Shown here: piece after piece, positions 7,148-16,169 of the stretch | How the letters are laid out: each line of letters opens with the position of its first letter | Position numbering within the stretch: the first letter of the stretch is position 1 | Assembly (NCBI GenBank): GCA_026706755.1 | Contig: JAPOYG010000485.1 | Span: forward strand, 1 to 45,661 | DNA from: Acidobacteriota bacterium | GTDB lineage: Bacteria; Acidobacteriota; Vicinamibacteria; Vicinamibacterales; UBA8438 | Direction of reading: 5' to 3' | Length of the DNA: 45,661 bases | Translations under genes and position numbers: made by a program | The notes under the pieces: generated by a model | The model's database searches: none | The model's input: only the letters and a program-made list of their open reading frames with translations | What the model was told of the DNA's origin: nothing

Positions 7148-9898
7148 TCATTCCGGAGGATCCGCGGCCAGACCGAACTGCGTGTCCAGCAGGTCGCGGT
7201 TCAACGCCACGGTTTCCGACGTCTCGTCGATGGAAAGCACGTCGTACCCCTCGACGTTCAGGATCCGCCGCAGTGCGGACACGATTCCCCCCAGTCGGAA
7301 CGGGGGCACTCCCAGGCGCGCCGCCAGCGCCGGGGCGGTGAGCCTCCCGCCACGTCGATCCAGTTCGCTCAGGATCGTCCGGATGCGCTCGTCGGGAAGC
7401 GCCGTCCTTGCGGACTGCGCGCGCTGCGCCGCGAACAGGTCGGACTCGAAGAGCCGATCGATCCAGGTTGCGGCCGGGCGCGGAGCTCGCGGTTCGACGT
7501 GTGCGAACAGATCGCCGGTTTCGCCCTTGCGCGGCGGGCGCGGCGCTGCCGCGCGCGGCGTGCCGGTGGCCGGCGCCGTGCGTTCGGCTGCGGCCGCCGC
7601 GACGGCTTCGACGCGCCACTCCCACCACACGGGACGCTCGGGAGCGGCTTCGCGCCAGCCGGCCAGTGTGCCCGCGACATCGCGGGGGGCGAAGACCCCG
7701 AGCGGGAGAACCACCTCCTGCAGCGCCGCCCCGCCGTGATAGCCGTTCTTCTTCATCCCGAAGCGGACGCGCTCGCTCCACGGCGCCAACAGGCGCCGGC
7801 CTCCTGCAACCACGCGCGGCCCCTGCAGCAGCACCTCGTCCTCGGCCGGCGCGCCGGTCGCCGGGCGCCAGCGCTCGGCGCCCCCGGTGTCGCGCAGCGC
7901 CGTGTGGCGCTCCAGCACGTGGCCGTGGTCGCTCGCGAGCACGACGGCGCGCCCGCCGGCGCGGCAGACATCGAGCAGCTCTTCCAGCGGCCTGATATGC
8001 CGCGCGGTCCAGGGAACGCGCACCTGGTCGCCCCTGGTCAGATGGTCGTCGACGGCGTTGATCACGATGCCCACGACGCGGCGCTCGGGCTCGGCGATCG
8101 CCTCGACCACCGCGGGCGCAACCCCCGCGGCGCCGGCTTCGCGCAGATCAGCCTTGTGGAACAGGACCGGAGGCGCGGCCGGTGCGCAGGCCGCGCGCAA
8201 CCCGACGTGCCCGGCGAATCCCTCCTTCTCCGTCGCGGCGTTCCCCGGCCGGAGCGCGCCGCACAGCAGGCTCGTGCGGGACGCCTCGGTCACCGTGGGG
8301 AGGGCGGCGATCACCGCCGCGCGCTCTGGAGTGCCGTCCGGTAGCAGCTCGACCCAGCCGCGGCGCACGAGGTCCTGCTCCAGCTCCCGGAACACCGGCA
8401 TGCTCATCGCGTCGATGACCACCAGCAGCAGCGGGTGCTCGTGGGCCAGGGGCGCGATCCGGCGATCGAGCACCGCCTCCACGCCCAGCAAGCCCCCGTC
8501 CTCCGGTCCGGCGCCGGACCAGCCCGCCAGGAGCCTGCCGAATGCCCGATTCTCCTCGTGCCGCGCGGCGTCGGCCTCGCGCGCCAGCGCGGAATACGAT
8601 TGGGCGAGGAGCGGCGTGGCGTCGCCGTCCCAGAGACGCTGGCGCGCCCAGTCCACGAAGCCCCCCTCGGCGCGGTACGAGCGCACCGCCTCCCGAAACG
8701 ACAGATGGCCGCCGGTCACCTGCCGCCGGCGCGCGGCGAGCCAGCCGGCCAGTCGCAGGGCCATCTCGACGCCGGCCGCGCGCTCCGGTTCGTCCGCCGC
8801 GAGCGCATGTCTTCGCACACTGCCGGCCGCGTCTCGGAGCGCCTTCGGAATGTCCACCGCATGACCCGAGACGAACGCGGCCAGCTCGCCGGCGAACCGC
8901 GAGAGCCGCTGGTCGAGCGACGCCCGCAACAAGTCGCTGCGCCAGGCTAGGTCCACAGCGCCGAGCTCCCGAAGCAGCGAGTCGGTGTCGGCGATCACGG
9001 TGTCGGCCTCTGCGCGCGACGCCGGGTCTTCCGTCTCGGCCGCCACGGAGAGTCGTCGGCGGAGCACTCGCTCGGCTGCGCCGGCCCAGGCCCGGGCCAA
9101 CTCCGCGTCCAACTCGGGCAGGCCGAGCAGCGCTTCGAGCTTGCCCCTGGCCTTCGCCGCCCGTTCGTCGCCCGCCGCATCGGGGTGGAAGAGGACACGA
9201 GTCACGAGGCCGACGGACAGCGCCCGCCGCCCGAGCCGCGTCGCGCACTCGAAGATCACCCTCGCCGCGCGCCCCGCGCTTGCCTCCGCCGCCTCGGCCA
9301 GTCCTGTTCGCACGGGATCCGAAAGAGCGTTCAGCCCGCTTGCGCCCGCCTCGTCCAGCGCCCAGGCAAGGAGAGCCTCCGGGTCGCGCGCGCCGCGGCG
9401 CGTTCCGACGAGCGTCTCGAACAGGTGCCGCCAAGCGGTCTCGGCATCGAGGAAACCGCTGGGGACCGGCGCGTAACCTGCCTCCGGCTGCGCGTCGAGC
9501 AGCGCGCGCGCCGCCCAGTCGTGACGCTGCGAGAGTCGCGGATCGACGTTCCCGGCCTGGAACTGTTCCTTCACCAGTTGCCACGGGTCGATGGAGAAGA
9601 CTCTCCGCCGGGCGAGCCGCGCAAGGACGTCGTTGCCCAGGTCCGGCTCGCGCAGGTCGGTCAGCACCACGAGCGGCGGTCCGTCGTCGGGGAGATCCAG
9701 CAGGCGCTCGCGTAGCGCGAGCACCGAGTCGGCACGGAAGAGAGGCAGCGCCTCCGAACCGATCCGCAACGCGGCCGGCGTGGACGCCGCGCCGTCGGCA
9801 TCCGGCCGCCTGACCGCGATGGCCCGCGCCTCCGGGTACTTCGTGCGAACGGACTGCACCTGTGCGCGGACCTGGGCCAGCCACCGCGCGCCTGTCAA
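7148..9898 (-). CDS. pglZ: BREX alkaline-phosphatase-superfamily protein PglZ
   Basis: Proposed TTG start at 9898 overlaps the pglY stop (cgTTGAca), giving 916 aa. The track ORF runs to 10252, but that extension lies inside pglY and is Arg/Gly/Ala junk. PglZ-like core: 'LLLVVIDAMSMPVFREL', 'VVLASDHGHVLE', 'NGYHGGAALQEVVLPL'. Confidence 0.85.
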   Translation of the reverse strand: MTGARWLAQVRAQVQSVRTKYPEARAIAVRRPDADGAASTPAALRIGSEALPLFRADSVLALRERLLDLPDDGPPLVVLTDLREPDLGNDVLARLARRRVFSIDPWQLVKEQFQAGNVDPRLSQRHDWAARALLDAQPEAGYAPVPSGFLDAETAWRHLFETLVGTRRGARDPEALLAWALDEAGASGLNALSDPVRTGLAEAAEASAGRAARVIFECATRLGRRALSVGLVTRVLFHPDAAGDERAAKARGKLEALLGLPELDAELARAWAGAAERVLRRRLSVAAETEDPASRAEADTVIADTDSLLRELGAVDLAWRSDLLRASLDQRLSRFAGELAAFVSGHAVDIPKALRDAAGSVRRHALAADEPERAAGVEMALRLAGWLAARRRQVTGGHLSFREAVRSYRAEGGFVDWARQRLWDGDATPLLAQSYSALAREADAARHEENRAFGRLLAGWSGAGPEDGGLLGVEAVLDRRIAPLAHEHPLLLVVIDAMSMPVFRELEQDLVRRGWVELLPDGTPERAAVIAALPTVTEASRTSLLCGALRPGNAATEKEGFAGHVGLRAACAPAAPPVLFHKADLREAGAAGVAPAVVEAIAEPERRVVGIVINAVDDHLTRGDQVRVPWTARHIRPLEELLDVCRAGGRAVVLASDHGHVLERHTALRDTGGAERWRPATGAPAEDEVLLQGPRVVAGGRRLLAPWSERVRFGMKKNGYHGGAALQEVVLPLGVFAPRDVAGTLAGWREAAPERPVWWEWRVEAVAAAAAERTAPATGTPRAAAPRPPRKGETGDLFAHVEPRAPRPAATWIDRLFESDLFAAQRAQSARTALPDERIRTILSELDRRGGRLTAPALAARLGVPPFRLGGIVSALRRILNVEGYDVLSIDETSETVALNRDLLDTQFGLAADPPE

Positions 9899-12800
9899 CG
9901 GTCGTCCTTCCGCCGGAGCTTCCAGGTGAGATCGAGCCGCGCCGTCGGCTCCTTTGTGAGCAACGCTTCCAGTTCCATGGTCACGACATGGAGGCGATCG
10001 CGATCCAGATCGCTGTACGCCCGCTCGCGCACGACGGGAGGCGGCGGTGGCGGTGGCGGCGGTGGCGGTGGCGGTGGGTCGACCCGTGGCGCCAACAGCT
10101 TGATCGCCCGATCCTCCAACTCCGGAAGCCGGCCGCCGAGCGCAACGGCGTACTCGTCGGCAGCCAGCGCCTCCGCCAGCTCCGCCCGTAGGCGCCGGGC
10201 GGCGTCGGCCCGCTCGTCCGTCAACCGCCCGATGGAAGCGAAGAGCGCCCACTTGGTCCGTTCGAGGGCATCCAGGACGGCGGGCGCCTTGCGGAGGCTG
10301 GCTCCCATCGCCTCCAGGGAGGTGTCGGGCTCGACGGCCGCGAGCTTCTCGATGCGCGCCCGGCCGGCCAGGGCGCCCAGCGTCTCGACCAGCGCGCAGG
10401 CCGCGCGCGCCGTCCGCAGGCGCCGGGCGTCAGCGTCGAGGGCCAGCTCCCGGCCGATGGCAGCCAGGCGCTCGACCAGCTCGCTGCAGGCGGCCGCCCT
10501 TTCCGCGGCGGCGTCCCCGAGTTGCGCCGCGAACGCGCTGGCGTTGCTCGCGTTGCACAACGGCGAGGCGGCGAGGCCGAAGACCGTGCCGGCGCGCTGG
10601 ACGGCCTCTTCCCACGCCGCCGCGTCCGGCAGCTCCTCCTCGCGCAGCTCCACGTCGTCCGGCAGGTCGGCGAGCGTCGCCGTCCAGGGGCCGCCGTACC
10701 GCCGGAACGCCAGATTGGCCTGGTCCGCGTAGAGCAGGATGACGAGGTTCTCCGCCGCGACCGGAAGGCCCATCCGCCGCGGCTCGTCGATCGCGGCGCG
10801 CAGCTTCGCAACCGTTAGGGGCTTCGCCAGTTTCTCGAACCGGCTGAACCAGTTGCGGCCCAGGACGAAGTGGGTCTCGCCCATCTCGCCGAGCCCCAAC
10901 GGGACCGCGATCTGCGTCATCGTCGCCCGCAGCGGCCTGTCGATGTCGACGCGTCCCTCTCGCTCCTGCACCGCCCGCAACACCTGCTCGCGGACGGTGC
11001 GCAGCACCGCCGGCCTGATCGGCGCACCGAACGCCGGATGCGCCGGGTACTGGCTGGCCAGCATCTGGTCGAGCAGGCTGGCGAGCGCTTCGCGCAGGTT
11101 CGCGCGCGCGGGCGGCCGGGGCGTGAAGGTCGGGTCGAGCGACTGGAAGTGGTCGCGAAGCGAATGCGACTCGTCGCCCGATCCGGGCGCCGGCTGCTCC
11201 ACGCCGTAGGCGCCCTCCAGGTGGTGAATCAGCCGCTGCCGGAGCTGGCTGCGCTGGTTGCGCAGCAGCTCGCGCGCCGACGCCTGGTCCACAGGCGGCA
11301 GGTGAGACGCGAAGTCACGCAGCCGGTCGCCCGCGAGCACATGGTCTAGCCTGACGAACGTGCCCAGGTCCTTCTGCGCCGCGGGGCTCAGGAACGACGG
11401 CAGCCAGACGAGGGTCTGCGCCGCCGCGCCGCGACCACGGTAGTCCTCGAGCCGCGCGAGATCGTCCGCCCGCTCGCGGCCAGGCTCGTCGAACGGGAAA
11501 TCGGCCACCACCTTGCGCTCGTCCGGCCGCGTGGCGAGGGATTCGTCGGTCAGCTCGCGCACGTTGGCGAAGATCACCTCGAAGCGGCGCGGGGTTCCGC
11601 GCCAGACGATCTCGTGCTGCAGCAGGAACTCGCCGCTGTCCTCGATGCCGAGCTCGCGGAACAGGATGTCCCGAATCGCACGCCGGCGGTTCCCGGCGTT
11701 GTCGTGGCGATCGGCATTGGCCAGGATGCTCTCGGTGTCAACCGCCGTGAGCTGCAGAGCGACGGTCGGGTTGGCTGGGTCGTCGCTGATCCGCACCTCG
11801 CCGATCTCGGCCGCCCAGGCGCGGCAGCGCCGCAGCACCTCCTGGCCCTCGCGCCCCTCGATGGGCGTGCGGATCGACCCGTGGTTGAGGGCCGCGAGCC
11901 GCCCTGCGGTGAGGCTCTTGAGCACCTCGACCTCGGGAACCAGGGCCGACAGCAGCAAGGTCTTGGCCACCCGATCCTCGGCGCGGAGGTTGCGCGCCGT
12001 GCCGTCCGCGGCCGGCCGCCCCGCCGCCTCCGCCTTCGACATGCCGTGGCGGCGCTCGATGAGCGGCAGCAGCTTCTGCCGGTACAGGCGCCGGGCGTTC
12101 TCGAAGTGGTGGCGCATCCGCTCGACGAACGGCTCGTCGCCTTCGGCGATGGCGTCGAAAAGGTCGCCGACGGGGACCAACTCGCCCAGCGCCAGCGTTT
12201 CGCGCCGGTCGACGAGGAGCTGGAGCATCACCTTCAGCGCCGTCCGCTCGCGCTGCAGCGCCGACGAGACGGCGATGAGCGTCTCCACGAGTGCCGGGCT
12301 GAACGGATAGACCTTGCGGAACGTCGCCGGGTCCGCGCGCGGGGTCAGGAGCGTCTCGAACACCTCCCGACGAGCCTTCGAGGTCTCGCCGTAGGCGCGA
12401 TCCAGCGCCTGACGTGACGCCTCGCCCCGCGGTCGCAGGATGCGACGCGATGCGATCTCGGGCAGGTTGCCGTCCTCCAGCGTGATGCGCTCGAAGCGCG
12501 CCTCCCACCACTGCAGGACGTCGGCGAAGCCGAGCTGCTCCGCCCCCGGCACCTGCTCACCCACGAGCTCGCGCAGGTCGCGCTGCCGCGCGACGAAGCT
12601 GACGATGGGAATCGGTCGGCCGGCGGTCTGCGCCTCGACCAGCTTCGCCACCTTGGGCCCTTCCGCGTTGAGGAACTGCAGGTCGGCGGCGTGGGTGGCG
12701 AGCCAGAGGATCAACTCGTCGAGAAAGAGCACCAGCGCGTCGTAGCCCAGATCGCGCGCATGGCGCGAGACGACGGCAAGCCCCTCGTCGAGCGGGATGA

Positions 12801-13527
12801 ACGCCTCGCCGCTCCCCTGCGCCACATCGTGGTAGCTCTGGAAGAAGGAACCGACGAGCGCGGCGACCAAGCGGCTGCGCTGCTCGGCGCCTGCCGACAA
12901 GCTGTGCGCTGCCTCGAAGGTCGAGTCGTCCCACTGCGCGGATAGATCGCCCCACCCGGAAGCCCCCTCGCCAGCGCCCGGCGTCCCGGCGTTGAGCCCG
13001 CGGAAGAACGCCTTGTCCCCCATCTTGGCGCGCAGGCCGCGGGCGTCCGCGAACAGCGCCTCGCTGCGGTAGACACCGGGCACGGGCGCCTCGGGGTGCA
13101 ACTCGGCGACCCGCTTGGCGTAGCCGCCCAGCACCGCGGCCTCCATACTGACTTGGCCGATCATGTGGTAGGAAACGAGCAGAAAGCGCTTGCCCGCCAA
13201 CCAGTCGTCGTGCCGGGTCACGACGCCTTCGAGGCCCTCCGCGGCCCGCGCCGCCGCGTGCTGCTGCAACAGCAGATGCAGTACGGCCATGAAGTGGCTC
13301 TTGCCGCTGCCGAAGCTCCCGTGCAGGTAGGCCGCCTTGCTCGAATCCGATGCCAGCGCGCCGCGGATCAGGCCCAGCGCCCGGTCGAACGCGTCCGCCA
13401 GTTGCGGCGTGACGACGTACGTCCGCAGCGTCTCACCCGGCCGCGTCACGCCCTCCGCGAGACGCAGGACGAAGTCGTCGCGGTGGACCCGCTCCGGAAT
13501 GTCGATCAGGTCGCGGATCAGCGTCAT
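9895..13527 (-). CDS. pglY: BREX P-loop ATPase PglY (BrxC family)
   Basis: Start taken at ATG 13527 ('MTLIRDLIDIPERVHRDDFVLRL...'), giving 1210 aa; the track ORF starts 60 nt further upstream. Walker A 'HGSFGSGKSHF' and Walker B 'ALVLFLDELILW'. Contains a 14-codon poly-Pro run near the C-terminus. Confidence 0.9.
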   Translation of the reverse strand: MTLIRDLIDIPERVHRDDFVLRLAEGVTRPGETLRTYVVTPQLADAFDRALGLIRGALASDSSKAAYLHGSFGSGKSHFMAVLHLLLQQHAAARAAEGLEGVVTRHDDWLAGKRFLLVSYHMIGQVSMEAAVLGGYAKRVAELHPEAPVPGVYRSEALFADARGLRAKMGDKAFFRGLNAGTPGAGEGASGWGDLSAQWDDSTFEAAHSLSAGAEQRSRLVAALVGSFFQSYHDVAQGSGEAFIPLDEGLAVVSRHARDLGYDALVLFLDELILWLATHAADLQFLNAEGPKVAKLVEAQTAGRPIPIVSFVARQRDLRELVGEQVPGAEQLGFADVLQWWEARFERITLEDGNLPEIASRRILRPRGEASRQALDRAYGETSKARREVFETLLTPRADPATFRKVYPFSPALVETLIAVSSALQRERTALKVMLQLLVDRRETLALGELVPVGDLFDAIAEGDEPFVERMRHHFENARRLYRQKLLPLIERRHGMSKAEAAGRPAADGTARNLRAEDRVAKTLLLSALVPEVEVLKSLTAGRLAALNHGSIRTPIEGREGQEVLRRCRAWAAEIGEVRISDDPANPTVALQLTAVDTESILANADRHDNAGNRRRAIRDILFRELGIEDSGEFLLQHEIVWRGTPRRFEVIFANVRELTDESLATRPDERKVVADFPFDEPGRERADDLARLEDYRGRGAAAQTLVWLPSFLSPAAQKDLGTFVRLDHVLAGDRLRDFASHLPPVDQASARELLRNQRSQLRQRLIHHLEGAYGVEQPAPGSGDESHSLRDHFQSLDPTFTPRPPARANLREALASLLDQMLASQYPAHPAFGAPIRPAVLRTVREQVLRAVQEREGRVDIDRPLRATMTQIAVPLGLGEMGETHFVLGRNWFSRFEKLAKPLTVAKLRAAIDEPRRMGLPVAAENLVILLYADQANLAFRRYGGPWTATLADLPDDVELREEELPDAAAWEEAVQRAGTVFGLAASPLCNASNASAFAAQLGDAAAERAAACSELVERLAAIGRELALDADARRLRTARAACALVETLGALAGRARIEKLAAVEPDTSLEAMGASLRKAPAVLDALERTKWALFASIGRLTDERADAARRLRAELAEALAADEYAVALGGRLPELEDRAIKLLAPRVDPPPPPPPPPPPPPPVVRERAYSDLDRDRLHVVTMELEALLTKEPTARLDLTWKLRRKDDR
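10036..10077 (-). repeat. (CCN)14 trinucleotide run encoding poly-proline inside pglY
   Basis: The plus strand reads ggg agg cgg cgg tgg cgg tgg cgg cgg tgg cgg tgg cgg tgg. That is 14 consecutive Pro codons by my count, flanked by 'RVD' and 'VVRERAY'. Confidence 0.9.
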
Positions 13528-13552
13528 GCGAAAGCCCTGGTCACGCCAACGG

Positions 13553-13843
13553 TCACACCGGGACGCGATCCGGCATTCGGCGGTCACGGCCTTTCGCGAT
13601 GTAGCGGCGAATGTCCTCGCTGGACACGACCGACTTCGAGGCCTTGAGGTTCGCGCGCAGCGCCTTCAGCCGTCGCTCTCTCGTCGACTTCGAGACCGCG
13701 CGCTCGCCCGGTGGCTTCGAGGCCAACGGCTGGAGTGCGTCTTGCAGGTACGCCTGCAGCGACTGGTTGGCCCTGGCCGCACGGGCGGCCAACTCGTCGC
13801 GCACGGCTTCCAGCACGTCGCGCACCGTAACTTGAACAGCCAT
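13553..13843 (-). CDS. ribbon-helix-helix (CopG/Arc/antitoxin-like) DNA-binding protein, candidate regulator of the pglY-brxHI operon
   Basis: Within track ORF 13553..13909; start taken at ATG 13843 (alternative ATG 13852). 'MAVQVTVRDVLEAVRDELAARAARANQSLQAYLQDAL' fits a beta-strand/helix/helix RHH pattern, followed by a basic tail. It ends 25 nt before the pglY start. No toxin-like partner is adjacent. Confidence 0.6.
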   Translation of the reverse strand: MAVQVTVRDVLEAVRDELAARAARANQSLQAYLQDALQPLASKPPGERAVSKSTRERRLKALRANLKASKSVVSSEDIRRYIAKGRDRRMPDRVPV

Positions 13844-13850
13844 GGACAGC

Positions 13851-13880
13851 ATTATGAAGCGCCGGCCGCCGACGCGGCAA
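13851..13880 (-). promoter_or_regulatory. candidate promoter giving a leaderless or near-leaderless RHH transcript
   Basis: The minus strand reads TTGCCG (13880-13875), N18, CATAAT (13856-13851), 7 nt, ATG (13843). Two inverted repeats lie just upstream: ACCGCG-N7-CGCGGT (13886-13904) and CCGGTT-N5-AACCGG (13935-13951). Confidence 0.3.
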
Positions 13881-14061
13881 TCGTGACCGCGGACGTCGCG
13901 CGGTGACATCGCCTGCCGGCGACGGTCCCGCCTGCCGGTTCGCTCAACCGGCGCCCCCGTCGCGCCGCTCGCACGGAACCCGAGCGCGCATCGCGTCGAT
14001 CACCGCCGTGACAAGCTTCCTGCGCTCAATCCCGACGCCTCCAGAGCACGCTCCAAGCACG

Positions 14062-16131
14062 TCAGCGCCTGAGCGACAGTCCGCGCAGCACGGGCGTTCG
14101 CGGCATCGCGATCCGATCATCGGCGCGAAGTCTGCGCAGGGTGCGCGATCGCCCCTTGCCTTCGGCGTTCAGTACGTCGATTTCCTTCACGCGCGCAAGA
14201 GCAAGAACCGCATCGTCGAGATCCGAGAATCGGGCCGCGGTCCTGTTCGCCAGTGCGTGCCGCATCGTCTGCACGGTGACCGGTTCCTCGACGACAAGGG
14301 CGTGCAGCTCCGCCGGCATGTCATTGAGAAGCTGCTTCCTCAACTGTCTGGCTTCGAGGTCCTCGAAGCGGAACAGTCGCAACGTATCGTCCGATCGCAA
14401 CGCGTCCCACCCCAGCATCCCGAAGCCGCCCGAACCATAGTGTTCGAACGTGCCCGAAATGTCCCAGTGGCGCTGGATCATGACATCCCGCGCCGTCGGA
14501 TGTCTCGACAGGTGGAGGAACCAGAGCGCCCGTCGCGACTGCTGGGGACGGATGAAGAACGGGGTGTCGTACGTCGCTCCCGTGGTGTTGCGAATGTGAT
14601 CGCGCAACAACCTCTGCGCGAGCGCTCGTCCCCCAGCGTCGTTCTTCAGCCGAAGCAACTCGCGTATCCGCGATTCCGTCAAGTCGAGAGGTGCCACTGC
14701 CTTGACGTACTCCGGCGTGACGGCTAGGTGATTCATGAGGGCGTCGGCGGCAAGGGTCAGAATGACCTCCGCCGCCGGCAGCTTCTCAAGGATCCCGGCG
14801 ACGAGGTTCAAGCGGACTTGCGCAAAGCCGGTCTGGTCGAGAACGAAGATCGCGCGGCCGGCTCGCGGCTGGCGGCGCTTCACTTCCGCGATGATTGAGT
14901 CTGCCTCATCCTCGAATCGCCGGTTGCGGACGATGACCCTCTCCTCGTCCGCCCAACCACGTTCTTCAAGCGCCGCTCGAAGGCGGCGGACGTGAAGACA
15001 ATTCGCGTCCGTGAAGTAGTACCGGAAATCGAAGCGCAGAGGCTTGGAACGGCCTCGGTTCAGCCTCTTCTGTGCCGCCTCTGCTTCCTCGATCATGATC
15101 AGCGGCGTACCCGAGAGCGTCTCGCGGCCGTCCGTGAACGTCCCCCCACCGGCGAAGCCGTCTATCAGGTCGAGCCGGAACTCCTCGCGCGAGGGGTTGA
15201 CAGCCAGTCTGTCGAAGTAGGCCCGCAGGTAGCTGCGCAAGACGGTGAGCTTCGCCTTGCTGTGTTGCTCGATCAACGGAGGAGGATCGCCGGGAGCCCA
15301 CCTGAAGGACTGAACGGTCATTGCGCGGCGAATCGTAGCACCGCCTCGTGCTGGAAGATCAACTGCGGATGTCCCCTGCCAGCAGTTGGTTGCAGGCGCC
15401 GGCCTGCCGTCCCACGTGCGACCGTCAAGCTCGCGCCCGGCCTTCTTCTTCTGAGGCCCGCCCCACTGCTTGAAGAAGAACGCGACGCCCTGGTCGTCGC
15501 ATCGATCGCGGATCTCCCGTACCCAATCGATCCGGGTCGGGCGCGCAGCGGGCCCGCTCTCTCCCCCGACGATCGCCCAGTGGATCCCGTCGAGATCGAC
15601 CGCGTCGACGGGTCCCAGCAGTGGTTCGAACGAAGCGAAGCGGACCGCGGCGGGGGTCGCACGCAACTCGACGAGGCGCCACAGGTAATCGGCGTTTTCG
15701 ACGCTGGTGCCCAGCCACACGTTCGGCAGGAAATCCAGACGCCGGACGACTTCCCGCATCCGTTCGGGCCGCTTTGTCAGCACCTGGAATGTGTGCCAGC
15801 GCGCCGCCGTCATCGTCTTCCAGACGCGGCGGATGAACGACTCCGGAACCTCTTCGTGAAACAGGTCGCTCATGGAGTTGACGAAAACGAACCGCGGCTT
15901 CCGCCAGCGAAGGGGAAGGCGCAGACTCGCTTCGTCGCAGCGCACCGCGCCCGTCCAGACGTACCGTCCGTCGCTCGGCCGCGTGACGTCGCGATACTTC
16001 GCCTGCCCCATCGCCTCCAGGCGTGCCGCCATGCGCATGGCGTAGCAATTCGTGCAGCCAGGGGACACAACCGTGCAGCCGACGACGGGATTCCAGGTGG
16101 CGTCCGTCCACTCGATGTCGGTGGTGGCCAT
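14062..16131 (-). CDS. fusion of a phage Gp37/Gp68-family (DUF5131, three-Cys) domain and a TcmP-like 'three-Cys-motif partner' domain
   Basis: ATG 16131 lies 38 nt after the pglX stop, and 689 codons follow with no internal stop. N-terminus 'MATTDIEWTDATWNPVVGCTVVSPGCTNCYA...FFFKQWGG...LDGRTWDGRP' matches Gp37/Gp68. From Met271 (ATG 15321), 'PLIEQHSKAKLTVLRSYLRAYF', 'LDLIDGFAGGGTF' and 'IFVLDQTGF' match TcmP. The first 303 aa of track ORF 14062..17040 overlap pglX and are junk. Confidence 0.8.
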   Translation of the reverse strand: MATTDIEWTDATWNPVVGCTVVSPGCTNCYAMRMAARLEAMGQAKYRDVTRPSDGRYVWTGAVRCDEASLRLPLRWRKPRFVFVNSMSDLFHEEVPESFIRRVWKTMTAARWHTFQVLTKRPERMREVVRRLDFLPNVWLGTSVENADYLWRLVELRATPAAVRFASFEPLLGPVDAVDLDGIHWAIVGGESGPAARPTRIDWVREIRDRCDDQGVAFFFKQWGGPQKKKAGRELDGRTWDGRPAPATNCWQGTSAVDLPARGGATIRRAMTVQSFRWAPGDPPPLIEQHSKAKLTVLRSYLRAYFDRLAVNPSREEFRLDLIDGFAGGGTFTDGRETLSGTPLIMIEEAEAAQKRLNRGRSKPLRFDFRYYFTDANCLHVRRLRAALEERGWADEERVIVRNRRFEDEADSIIAEVKRRQPRAGRAIFVLDQTGFAQVRLNLVAGILEKLPAAEVILTLAADALMNHLAVTPEYVKAVAPLDLTESRIRELLRLKNDAGGRALAQRLLRDHIRNTTGATYDTPFFIRPQQSRRALWFLHLSRHPTARDVMIQRHWDISGTFEHYGSGGFGMLGWDALRSDDTLRLFRFEDLEARQLRKQLLNDMPAELHALVVEEPVTVQTMRHALANRTAARFSDLDDAVLALARVKEIDVLNAEGKGRSRTLRRLRADDRIAMPRTPVLRGLSLRR

Positions 16132-16169
16132 CGTCTGGTACCCCTGTCTCCCGTGACGCCGGTTCAGGC

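Noticed and set aside
10036-10080. The GGCGGTGGC-type repeat considered as a non-coding microsatellite or array
   Set aside because: It is in frame within pglY and encodes a poly-Pro run. The plus-strand poly-Gly ORF 9926..10732 is the antisense artefact.
9899-10252. Upstream 118 codons of the pglZ ORF (7148..10252)
   Set aside because: It lies entirely inside pglY in another frame and has junk composition. A TTG overlapping the pglY stop (9895-9898) gives a sensible coupled start.
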